Assembly (NCBI GenBank): GCA_032128375.1
Contig: JAQBGU010000146.1
Span: forward strand, 1 to 21,329
Reading direction: 5' to 3'
DNA length: 21,329 bases
From: Deltaproteobacteria bacterium
Lineage (GTDB): Bacteria; Myxococcota_A; UBA9160; SMWR01
Shown: positions 7,664 through 15,856 of the stretch, in pieces
How the letters are laid out: the number at the start of each line of letters is the position of its first letter
Numbering within the stretch: the stretch's first letter is position 1
Notes under the pieces: model-generated
Seen by the model: the letters and a program-made list of their open reading frames with translations, nothing else
Databases searched by the model: none
Told to the model about the DNA's origin: nothing
Program-made: the position numbers and the translations under genes

Positions 7664-10600
7664 TCAATCCGCCGCTTCTTCAGACAGAACCTGCGGAGAC
7701 GTCGACTGCCGGAGCCCACCGATGCGCGCTCCCAGTCGGGCCAGTGCCGTGTAGGTCAGCGGGACGACGAATAGCGTGCCGATCATCGCGACGATGAGCC
7801 CGAAAGAAATCGCAGCCGCGAACGGGCCATACGATTTCGATTCGCCTTGCATTCCAAACGCCATCGGGAGCAGCGCGCACACCGTGGTCAGCGTCGTGAG
7901 CAAGATGGGCCGGAAACGCTTGATGCCGGACAGGCGCACGGCTTCGTTCAAACCCATCCCGGTAGCGCGGGCTCGATTGATGAAGTCCACCATCACCAGG
8001 GAGTCGTTCACGACGACACCGGTCAGGCCCACCGCGGCGTACATCAGGAAAAACGTAATGCTGTAATCGAAGATCGCGACGCCCGCGATGATGCCCGCGA
8101 AGGCGAACGGTACCGCGGTGATCACGACCAGCGGTTGCAGGTAACTGCGAAACAGCGCCGCCAGAATCATGTAGATCGCAACCATTGCGGCCGGAAACAC
8201 CGCAAAGAGACTCGCAAACGCTTCTGTCGATTCCGAGAACTCCCCTCCGTAGCGGACTTCGAGCTGCGGAAACCGCTCCGCCAGGTCCGCAAAATGTGCC
8301 TGAAGCAGCTGGTTGACAGATAGCGATGTCGCCCGCTCGCCGTCGACTTGTGCCAACACACTGACGGTTCGCTTCGCATCGTAGCGATGAAAGGCGCGGT
8401 AACCGCGTTGCACATCCACATCGGCTACGTCGCGCAACTTGACGAGGTAGCCGTCTTTCGTCGCCAACTCGACGTCGAGCAGGTCGCCGATCCCTCCCCG
8501 GTACTTCTCTGCGAGCTTCACCCGGATGTCGGCGTCGTCGTTTCGCGATGGCTCGCGGTAGCTGGAGGCGACGATCCCATCGTTGGCAGATCGCAGTGCG
8601 CGCGCGATGTCTTCGAAAGTGAGTCCGTGGCGCGCCGCGCGCTCGGTGTTGACGCGCAGCTGGACCTCTGGCGCACCGAGCTTCAGATTGTCCTCCACGT
8701 TGTACACACCCGGGACGGTCTCGAGAAAGGCCACGACTTCGCCGGCGACGGCCTTGCCCAGCTCGTAGTCGTCCCCTTGAATCCGAACGTCCACCGGCGT
8801 CCCGACTGGGGGGCCATCCTGTGCCGCTTGCACGCGAAGTTCGAGAACTCCATCGGGGTTCTCTTCGCGCCACCGCTCGACTCTCTGTTGGATGCGAAAC
8901 AGCACCTTTTCTGGAGCTTTCACGTTCTGATCGCTGGGAACGATCGTCAAAGTCGACAGCGCATAAAAGGGACCGTGCAGCCGGTCGTAGTTGGTGTCTT
9001 CGCTCATCCCGACAGTCGTCGAGTAATCGCGAATATCGCTGCCCAGCGATTCGGCGATCACCCCCTCGTAGCCCGCGACGATGCTGTCTGTGAAATCGAG
9101 GTCCGAATCCGACGGCGTTTCGAGCAGCACATTGAATGTGTTGAACTCCCCCGGGAACAATTCGACGCGCAGCTGTCCCGCGACCGCGTTTGCGAACACC
9201 AGCATCGCAACGAACAGCACAGAGAAGGATCCGCCGTACTCCAGTACGACATCGAGAAGCCGCACGTACCCGCTGCGCAACCCGATCATTCCCGCGTCGA
9301 CGTGTTCGCGAATGCGCGCTGCCAGCAAAACGATTCCGGCGAACAAGCGAGCCGCGAGCGAGCCGAACGATCCTCTGGTAGGCGCCGGCTGCTTGTCTCC
9401 ACGCTTCGCCCCGGCTGCCTGGCGGCTACCGAAATCGAGGTAGTGGGCCGGCAAGATGATCAGACACTCGAACAGCGAAGCCAGCAGACAAACGATGACC
9501 GCCTTCGGAAGGATTTCCATGAACTTGCCGACCGTGCCACCGACCAGCAAGAGCGGCGCGAATGCGGCGCATGTCGTCGCCACGGCGGCGACGACCGGCC
9601 ACAGCACCTCTTCGGCCCCGTTGATGACTGCGTCCCGCAGTTCCTCGCCTTCTTCGATGCGTCGATAGACGTTCTCCAACACGATGATTGCGTCATCTAC
9701 GAGCATGCCCGATACGAGCACCAGCCCGATGATCGTATTCGAGTTGATCGTAATCCCGAGGACCGGAAAGAAGATCATGGCCGTCAAGAAGCTGAACGGA
9801 ATCGCGATCACCGTCAAAGCGGCGTTGCGGAAGCCGATCGTAAACCACAGGATGCCCACCACGAAAGCCACGCCGGCGACCAGATTTCCGACCAGGATGT
9901 CCAGGTGTGACGCGATGAACTCGGATGTGTCGACCGTTTTTTCCATCTCGACGCCGTGCGGGAGTCGCGAGCGATACGCTTCGATCCAACTGTCGACCGC
10001 CGCGACGAGATCGCGGGTATCGGCATCGGAGCGCTTCATCACGCTGACGATGAGTGCGGGGTGCCCGTTGTAGCGGGTTGCGTACGCGGCCTTTTCGAGG
10101 CCCGCTTCGACGCGCGCGATCTCCTCCACCCGTACCACACCACCGGTCGCGGTTTGTGCGACCACGGTCTGGCGGATTTCATCGAGACTCTGGTAGTCGC
10201 CTTGTGCGCGCAGCGTGAACTCGCCCGACTCGGTCTCGAAGGTGCCAGCGGGCAGGTTCAGATTCTGTTGCTGGATGCGGCCGGCGACATCGACCACGGT
10301 AAGCGCGTATCGCGCGGCAGCGTCCCGATCGACGAGTACGCGAACCTCCCGCTCGCGCTCTCCGCGCACCTCGATGCGCCGCGCGCCGGGTAGATCGCGC
10401 ATTCTCGATGCCGCGTCGCGCGCGACCTCGCGCAGCGAGGCGTGGCCCACGCTACCGGTGTCCACCACCGCGACCAACACGGCCGGTTGGAACTCACTCA
10501 TCTTCAGTTCGCTGATGTGCGGGTCTTCTGCGTCGGCGGGTAGATCGGAAGCCCGCTCGATCGCGGCGCGCACGTCGTTGACGGCCGCTTCGTAGCCAAC

Positions 10601-10906
10601 CTCATCGAGGTATTCGTCGAAATCCAAGCTGATGCTGGACAGGTTCGCCCTCGAGACCGAGTGCATCTTGTCGATATCTGAAACGCCCAGCAGTTCTTCT
10701 TCGAGTTTCTGGGTGACGAGGCGCTCGACCTCTTCGGCGGATGCGCCGGTCCAGACAGTCGAGATCACCGCCTGATTGAGATTCACATCCGGAAAGAACT
10801 CCACCGGAAGGCGCGTGTACGCCCCGTAGCCGGCAAGCAGGCACACGAAAAACAGTACGTTCACGAAGACCGTCTGGTCGGCGCTGAAGCGAGGTAGGCT
10901 CCTCAT
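7664..10906 (-). CDS. RND efflux permease (AcrB/AcrD/AcrF family)
   Basis: 1080 aa, 12-TM layout with two large periplasmic loops. Motifs LPVEFFP, GASAEEVE, TM4 GMLVDDAII, TM10 VVNDSLV, RFRPILLTTLTT. Confidence 0.96.
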   Translation of the reverse strand: MRSLPRFSADQTVFVNVLFFVCLLAGYGAYTRLPVEFFPDVNLNQAVISTVWTGASAEEVERLVTQKLEEELLGVSDIDKMHSVSRANLSSISLDFDEYLDEVGYEAAVNDVRAAIERASDLPADAEDPHISELKMSEFQPAVLVAVVDTGSVGHASLREVARDAASRMRDLPGARRIEVRGEREREVRVLVDRDAAARYALTVVDVAGRIQQQNLNLPAGTFETESGEFTLRAQGDYQSLDEIRQTVVAQTATGGVVRVEEIARVEAGLEKAAYATRYNGHPALIVSVMKRSDADTRDLVAAVDSWIEAYRSRLPHGVEMEKTVDTSEFIASHLDILVGNLVAGVAFVVGILWFTIGFRNAALTVIAIPFSFLTAMIFFPVLGITINSNTIIGLVLVSGMLVDDAIIVLENVYRRIEEGEELRDAVINGAEEVLWPVVAAVATTCAAFAPLLLVGGTVGKFMEILPKAVIVCLLASLFECLIILPAHYLDFGSRQAAGAKRGDKQPAPTRGSFGSLAARLFAGIVLLAARIREHVDAGMIGLRSGYVRLLDVVLEYGGSFSVLFVAMLVFANAVAGQLRVELFPGEFNTFNVLLETPSDSDLDFTDSIVAGYEGVIAESLGSDIRDYSTTVGMSEDTNYDRLHGPFYALSTLTIVPSDQNVKAPEKVLFRIQQRVERWREENPDGVLELRVQAAQDGPPVGTPVDVRIQGDDYELGKAVAGEVVAFLETVPGVYNVEDNLKLGAPEVQLRVNTERAARHGLTFEDIARALRSANDGIVASSYREPSRNDDADIRVKLAEKYRGGIGDLLDVELATKDGYLVKLRDVADVDVQRGYRAFHRYDAKRTVSVLAQVDGERATSLSVNQLLQAHFADLAERFPQLEVRYGGEFSESTEAFASLFAVFPAAMVAIYMILAALFRSYLQPLVVITAVPFAFAGIIAGVAIFDYSITFFLMYAAVGLTGVVVNDSLVMVDFINRARATGMGLNEAVRLSGIKRFRPILLTTLTTVCALLPMAFGMQGESKSYGPFAAAISFGLIVAMIGTLFVVPLTYTALARLGARIGGLRQSTSPQVLSEEAAD

Positions 10907-12159
10907 GAGCCCGAGGGGGTGTCGCGTGGCTCGAGCGAGCCCTCCGGTGCAGGCGGGCTGCCGGCCAACTCGGCTGGGCGTCTTTCTAGGGTTCGAACGG
11001 GCAGGCCATCGGTCAACGCGCGAATCCCGGAGATCGCGATTCGCTCACCGGCTTTGAGCCCCGACTCCACCTCCAGAAGATCAGGTCGAAAACCGATGCG
11101 CCGACTGACGATGCGACGCCGTTCGACGGTCGCCTCGTCGTTTTTCCCTTTGCTTCGGTTGACCACAAAGACATGTTCCAGGTCGAATTCGCGCACCACA
11201 GCGCGCGTGGGGACGCGGATCGCAGTGCGTTGGTCGCCCAGTTCGAATCGGACGGTTCCGAGCATCCCAGGTAACAGCCGCTCGTCGGGGTTGGGGACGC
11301 GGACAGGCACCGGGTACTTCCGCGTCTTGGGATCGGGCAGGCGGCCGGTGCGGTCGACCCGGCCATCGAACCATTGGCCGGGAACGGCATCGACCGCGAC
11401 GCGGACCCGGTCGGCATCGCGCAGCGATAAGATTTCCTGTTCGCCCACTCCGACTTCGATTTCGATTTCCGAAAGATCGGCGAGCTGCGCGATCGGGTCC
11501 CCCGGCCGCAGATACGCGCCGGGGTCCACACCGATTGCGCCGACGATTCCCGCAAATGGCGCTTCGATGCGCGTCTTCGCGAGCCGGGTGCGAGCCTCGA
11601 CTAGCGCGGCCTGGCTTTCTGCCACCTGGGCCGCGCTGCTGCTGGCCTCGGACTCTGCGCGGTCGAACGCCGACCCACTGCTGGCACCGCGAACCGACAG
11701 GTCGCGCTGGCGACTGAGCTCCACCTGCGCGAGGCGGTCGCCGGCTTGCGCGCGCAGCACAGCGGCGCCTGCGCGCATGACCGCGGCCTCGTGGAGCGAG
11801 CTGTCCAGTTCGACGAGCAGTTGGCCCGCTTGTACATGGGTGTGGTCCTCCACGTCGACCCGTTCGACGCGCCCCTCGATCTCCGCGGCGATATCCACCA
11901 TCCGACGAGCAGCGAGCACCCCGGCAACCTCGACGACATTGCGCGCATCGCTTGCACTGACCGCGTACGCATCGATGGTCACGACAGGTCGGGCGTCACC
12001 GGCATCTTGCTCCGCGTCCTCTTGCTGCTCACCGGCGATCGAATCGGGCGAAGTCGCGTTGAGCCAGACTGAAGCAGCGATCAGGCAGCCCGCAGCGCCA
12101 AGAGCGATCCACCTCATCTGGGGGAAACGCTCGCCGGTATTGCCTTCGCGATTCGACAT
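10903..12159 (-). CDS. RND periplasmic adaptor / membrane fusion protein
   Basis: N-terminal TM anchor, lipoyl half-motifs (AEIEGRV...GQLLVELD; IEAPFAG), alpha-hairpin, LLPGM, SGLKAGERI. ATGA overlap with the permease. Start placed at ATG 12159 (GGAG RBS) instead of 12309. Confidence 0.93.
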   Translation of the reverse strand: MSNREGNTGERFPQMRWIALGAAGCLIAASVWLNATSPDSIAGEQQEDAEQDAGDARPVVTIDAYAVSASDARNVVEVAGVLAARRMVDIAAEIEGRVERVDVEDHTHVQAGQLLVELDSSLHEAAVMRAGAAVLRAQAGDRLAQVELSRQRDLSVRGASSGSAFDRAESEASSSAAQVAESQAALVEARTRLAKTRIEAPFAGIVGAIGVDPGAYLRPGDPIAQLADLSEIEIEVGVGEQEILSLRDADRVRVAVDAVPGQWFDGRVDRTGRLPDPKTRKYPVPVRVPNPDERLLPGMLGTVRFELGDQRTAIRVPTRAVVREFDLEHVFVVNRSKGKNDEATVERRRIVSRRIGFRPDLLEVESGLKAGERIAISGIRALTDGLPVRTLERRPAELAGSPPAPEGSLEPRDTPSGS

Positions 12160-12389
12160 CGATTCTCCGTGTTCGCGGGCGTCCCCTACGATACCCCGAT
12201 CCGAGAACCGGCGACCAGGCGCGCCAAGGCCCCCTGACCGCGCAGGACTTCCGCGAGCTTGGGGTACGCAAGTCGCGGTTGGTTGCATAGAGGTCATCAG
12301 CAACGGCACCGAGGGGGGGTTCGCGCAGCTTGCGAAATCGCCTCGAGAATGACGACCCCAGACTGCGCGAAAAGCTCCTGCCGGTTCGA

Positions 12390-12395
12390 TACAAT
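12390..12395 (+). promoter_or_regulatory. Putative -10 box TACAAT 9 nt before the methyltransferase ATG (leaderless-like)
   Basis: TACAAT-GGCGCGAGC-ATG. No clear SD and no clear -35. Confidence 0.45.
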
Positions 12396-12404
12396 GGCGC
12401 GAGC

Positions 12405-13208
12405 ATGTCTTCGGACTCAGGCCACTCGAAGCACGATACCGTCCGCAAGTGGTACGGGGAGCACTTTTCCCAGTCGGCCGCCCCAGACTACCGCCCGATG
12501 TATCCCACAGGTCGCGATGGGGCGACGGGCCTCGGGTACCCGCCGCAGGTCCTGAATGCGGCGCCCGAGAGCCAGGTCGAGGCTTTTTGCGGAGTAGGCA
12601 ATCCCTTCTCTCTCGGCGAACCCAGCCGAGGTGACGCTGTTCTCGACGTCGCCTGTGGCGCTGGACTCGACTGCTTCGTCGCCAGCCAGCTCGTCGGAGA
12701 TTCGGGACGGGTCGAGGGCATCGACATTACACCCGAAATGGCGTCGCGAGCGAGCTTCCATCTGCGAGAGTCGGGCGCAGCGCACGCAACGGCGCAAGTG
12801 GCCTCAGCCGAGCACTTGCCCTTTCCAGATGAATCGTTCGACATTGTCATCTCCAACGGCGCGCTGAATCTCATGACCGACAAGCCGGCGGTGTTCCGCG
12901 AGATCCACCGGGTGCTGCGAAAGGGCGGGCGCCTGCAGTTCGCCGACGTGGTACGCACCAAAGAACCTTCCCGCGAACCGGGAGATCCAGACGCCTGGTC
13001 GCGCTGAATCGCCGGCGCGGTCCCGGTCCGGGACCTTCTCGTGATGCTCGTCGATGCGGGCTTCGAACGCGTCGAACAGGTTGCATGGACGGGCTACGAC
13101 ACCTCGGACGAAACCCTGGGTGCAACCTTCCGCGGGTATCGCCAGCAGGAGCCCGGAACCTCCGGCAAGGTCGCTCAGACCCGCGTGATCACGCGGCGAG
13201 TCGACTGA
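12405..13208 (+). CDS. ArsM-like SAM-dependent methyltransferase, predicted selenoprotein (Sec at codon 201, TGA 13005-13007), 267 aa
   Basis: Motifs FCGVGNP, VLDVACGAG, GIDIT, FDIVISNG, RVLRKGGRL. TGA in DAWSR*IAGA aligns with the ArsM C-terminal WxxCxAGA Cys. The frame stays open for 66 more codons (IAGAVPVRDLLVMLVDAGFERVEQVAWTGYDTSDETLGATFRGYRQ...). A SECIS-like hairpin follows. Confidence 0.88.
13019..13035 (+). promoter_or_regulatory. Putative bacterial SECIS element
   Basis: 17-nt hairpin GGTCCCG-GTC-CGGGACC beginning after an 11-nt spacer 3' of the UGA, with G/U in the apical loop. Confidence 0.8.
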
Positions 13209-13295
13209 CGCCGGACAGCTAAGACTTCACCGATCTCGATGCCGCGCAAATCAACCAGCGCAATGCGATGCACGTCGCGAGTGACACTGCGCCGC

Positions 13296-15605
13296 TCAAC
13301 TCGACTGGCGCTTTTCGATTTCCAGGCGCCGATCCTTCTCGACGAGGCGATAGCCGCCGCGGTAGAGCTCAGCGGCCACGCTGGCCCGCACGTGGGCCGG
13401 AACCGTCCACCATTGCTCGAGCAGAGCCGAAAGCTGACTCAATGCGTTTGCGTCGAGAAGCGCCCGAATCGCGATGCGGCGCTCGTTTGCGAACTGCGAT
13501 TCGAGCATCACGCGCGCCAGCGCCTCGCGTTCGTTCGCCGGAGCGGACCGCAGTGTCGCGATGCGCAGCGAGCTGGCGTACTCGTCACTGTGTGAATCCG
13601 CAGAGCCGACTCGCTGAACGAACTCTGTCGGATCGACCAGTTGCGCCAATGCCAGCAGCAGGCCATAGCGGTTCGAAGCGCTGGATTGCTCGCGGAGCAA
13701 TGTCGTGATCGGCTCGATTGCCGTCGAGTCGCCGAGCGACGCGGCCAGGTAGAGCGCGGCGGCTCGCATGTCGAGATCCGGATCGTTCCGGAAGCGCTCT
13801 GCCCATTCGCGCCCGCGTTGGTCGCGCTGCATCGCGAGGTACATCAGCGCCTGGCGCTTCACACGGGGAATTTCATTCGCATCATTGAGCGTGCCCGTCG
13901 CAAATTCGAACGAGGCCCCGGTCTGAGGCAGCTCTCCGAGCGCGCGGAGCGCATCGATGCGAAGCCCGGGCTCCGCTGGATGGGCACGCACTGTCTGGAG
14001 GAGGACATCGACCGAACGCGGATCGCCGAGATCGAGCAACAATGCGATCAGTTGGCCTCGATGCTGCGCCGTGGTGTCCGGCGAGATCACGGCCCGGTGT
14101 ATGGCGGGGAGGCTTTCGGGAGCGCGCTCGAGCAGCCTCAACGCGGCTCTCGTCTGGCGCGAACCGGAACCTGCCAGTGCGGCGATATCGCTGGCTACCT
14201 CGTCTTGCCGCTCGGTTTGGTCTGAGGCAGGTGCAAGCTTTGCCGACCCCGAACTCGGAAGCGCTGTCACTGCACTGGCCTCGATCTTGGCGATCGCGGC
14301 GGTCGCGCTTTTGCGGACGTATGGCTCGTCGTCGGCCAACGCGTTGCGCAGGTCCGGCAGCGCGGGACGAGCCGCTCCGCCGATCCCAGCCAGCGCGTCC
14401 GCGGCGAGTCCGCGGATCTTCGGCTCCGGGTCCTTGCGCAGCGACGCGCGCAGCGAGTCCAACGCCGGGCCCGCTGCGGGGCCGAGAGCGGCGAGTGCCT
14501 TGACTGCCTCCACCCGGGTCATCGGCATCCAGCTGCTCTGAGCGCGCGCCAGTCGCTCTACGTAAGCCTCGACGGCCGGATCGTCGGGGCCGCTCATCTC
14601 GACGATGGCCGCTGCGAGTGTCGCGCGGTAGCGCCCGGAGGCTTCGGAGAAATCCTGAGCGGCCAGCTCGTCGCGAAAGCGGGGCAGTATCTCGTTCGCT
14701 TCGGGGCCGATCGCCCCGAGCGCCAATGCGGCGGCGACCCGCAGCTCACGGCTTGGATCCGGTCTGTCGAATAGCGCCATCAGGGCCGGAATCGCCTGCT
14801 TCGCGCCGGGACCGATGCGACCTAACGTGTGCACGGCCATCTGGTAGTGCGGATATTCGTCGAGCAAGTCGATCAGCGTCGGAACTGCGGCTCGCGCTGC
14901 TGGCCCGAACGAACCCAAGGTTCTCGCTGCGGCCCCCCGAACGGCGTCGTCGCCGTGAGTCAAAAGCGGGATGAGCACGGGTACGGCCGCATCGGCGGGC
15001 AGGTTCGCGATCGCTTGGTTGGCCGCTTCGCGCACCAGACGATCGTCGCTCGCCGCCAGGCGAGACAACTCGTGCGCCGTGTCGCCCGCCTCCTTCGACA
15101 CGGCGGCCAGCGCATAACCCGCTTGCGTGCGCAGGTAGTGGTCCTCCGCCCCGAGCGCCTCGACCAGGACTAGCCGCGCGTCTTTCGTACGAGCGGGCAC
15201 CTTGGGCAACGCACCTGCCGCCGATCGACGCACATGTGGGTTTTCGTCGTGCAAGGCTGCCAGAATGGCCGGCAGCGCACTCGATGCATCCGGACCCATG
15301 TTTCCCAACACCATCAGCGCCTGGGCGCGAACCGACCAGTCCTCGTGCGCAAGTAGCGCGGCGACCCCTGTGACGACTTCCTGCGGCACCGGCTTCAACT
15401 TGGCGATGGCGATGGTTGCGCGAGTGCGGGTTCCCTGGGTTTCGGAACTCAGGTCGTCGACCCAGTCCAACGCCGGCTTTTCCGCGCTGCTGGCAGCGCG
15501 GCGCTCAGCCCGCGCATCGTGGGCGAACGTCAGCGCGGTCGATACAAGCACGAGACCAAGCCTCGCAGCAAAGCACCGAACCGGATATCGGGTGAAGCGA
15601 AGCAT
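13296..15605 (-). CDS. Secreted HEAT/PBS-lyase-repeat protein
   Basis: 769 aa with a signal-peptide-like N-terminus (basic, LGLVLVSTALTFA, A-R-A). Many repeats of type AVPxLxxLLxDxxxxVRxxAAxxLGxxG. GAGGGGG RBS. Confidence 0.9.
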   Translation of the reverse strand: MLRFTRYPVRCFAARLGLVLVSTALTFAHDARAERRAASSAEKPALDWVDDLSSETQGTRTRATIAIAKLKPVPQEVVTGVAALLAHEDWSVRAQALMVLGNMGPDASSALPAILAALHDENPHVRRSAAGALPKVPARTKDARLVLVEALGAEDHYLRTQAGYALAAVSKEAGDTAHELSRLAASDDRLVREAANQAIANLPADAAVPVLIPLLTHGDDAVRGAAARTLGSFGPAARAAVPTLIDLLDEYPHYQMAVHTLGRIGPGAKQAIPALMALFDRPDPSRELRVAAALALGAIGPEANEILPRFRDELAAQDFSEASGRYRATLAAAIVEMSGPDDPAVEAYVERLARAQSSWMPMTRVEAVKALAALGPAAGPALDSLRASLRKDPEPKIRGLAADALAGIGGAARPALPDLRNALADDEPYVRKSATAAIAKIEASAVTALPSSGSAKLAPASDQTERQDEVASDIAALAGSGSRQTRAALRLLERAPESLPAIHRAVISPDTTAQHRGQLIALLLDLGDPRSVDVLLQTVRAHPAEPGLRIDALRALGELPQTGASFEFATGTLNDANEIPRVKRQALMYLAMQRDQRGREWAERFRNDPDLDMRAAALYLAASLGDSTAIEPITTLLREQSSASNRYGLLLALAQLVDPTEFVQRVGSADSHSDEYASSLRIATLRSAPANEREALARVMLESQFANERRIAIRALLDANALSQLSALLEQWWTVPAHVRASVAAELYRGGYRLVEKDRRLEIEKRQSS

Positions 15606-15617
15606 CAGGACCCCCTC

Positions 15618-15689
15618 AGCGACGCTTCGAACCGCCGGGAGTGGTACTTGAGCGGGCGCTCCGGGTTCGGACTCTGGCGGTGCGTCGCT
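15618..15689. other. Long imperfect stem-loop abutting the HEAT gene RBS
   Basis: AGCGACGC (15618-25) pairs with GCGTCGCT (15682-89). ACCGCCGGGAGT (15631-42) pairs with ACTCTGGCGGT (15671-81). Confidence 0.5.
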
Positions 15690-15793
15690 CGCGATCGGGC
15701 TTTCTCAGCGTGCTCCAGATCGGGCGCAGCGATGCGGGATTTCTGCCCCGATTGCGGCCCTGGGGATTCAATGAGCCATCTTCGATCTCCAAT

Positions 15794-15823
15794 TTGACAC
15801 GACCGTCGGCATGCGAATATCGT
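15794..15823 (+). promoter_or_regulatory. Sigma70-type promoter for the AhpD-like gene
   Basis: TTGACA (15794-99), 18-nt spacer, TATCGT (15818-23). GGAG RBS before ATG 15857. Confidence 0.65.
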
Positions 15824-15856
15824 CATCCACCTGGCGACGACACGGAGATTTCGGAA

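Noticed and set aside
2753..9910. Long alternative ORFs (2753..4576, 4622..5665, 5184..6407, 6370..7377, 6635..7606, 7680..8873, 8348..9910)
   Set aside because: They overlap well-supported ABC, crotonase or RND genes in other frames or strands and lack recognisable motifs.
10919..12352. 477-aa plus-strand ORF
   Set aside because: Antisense shadow of the MFP gene; Ser/Arg/Ala-rich with no motifs, as expected in high-GC DNA.
13181..13196. Perfect 16-bp palindrome CCGCGTGATCACGCGG near the methyltransferase 3' end
   Set aside because: Single occurrence inside coding sequence with no loop or U-tract; no function can be supported.
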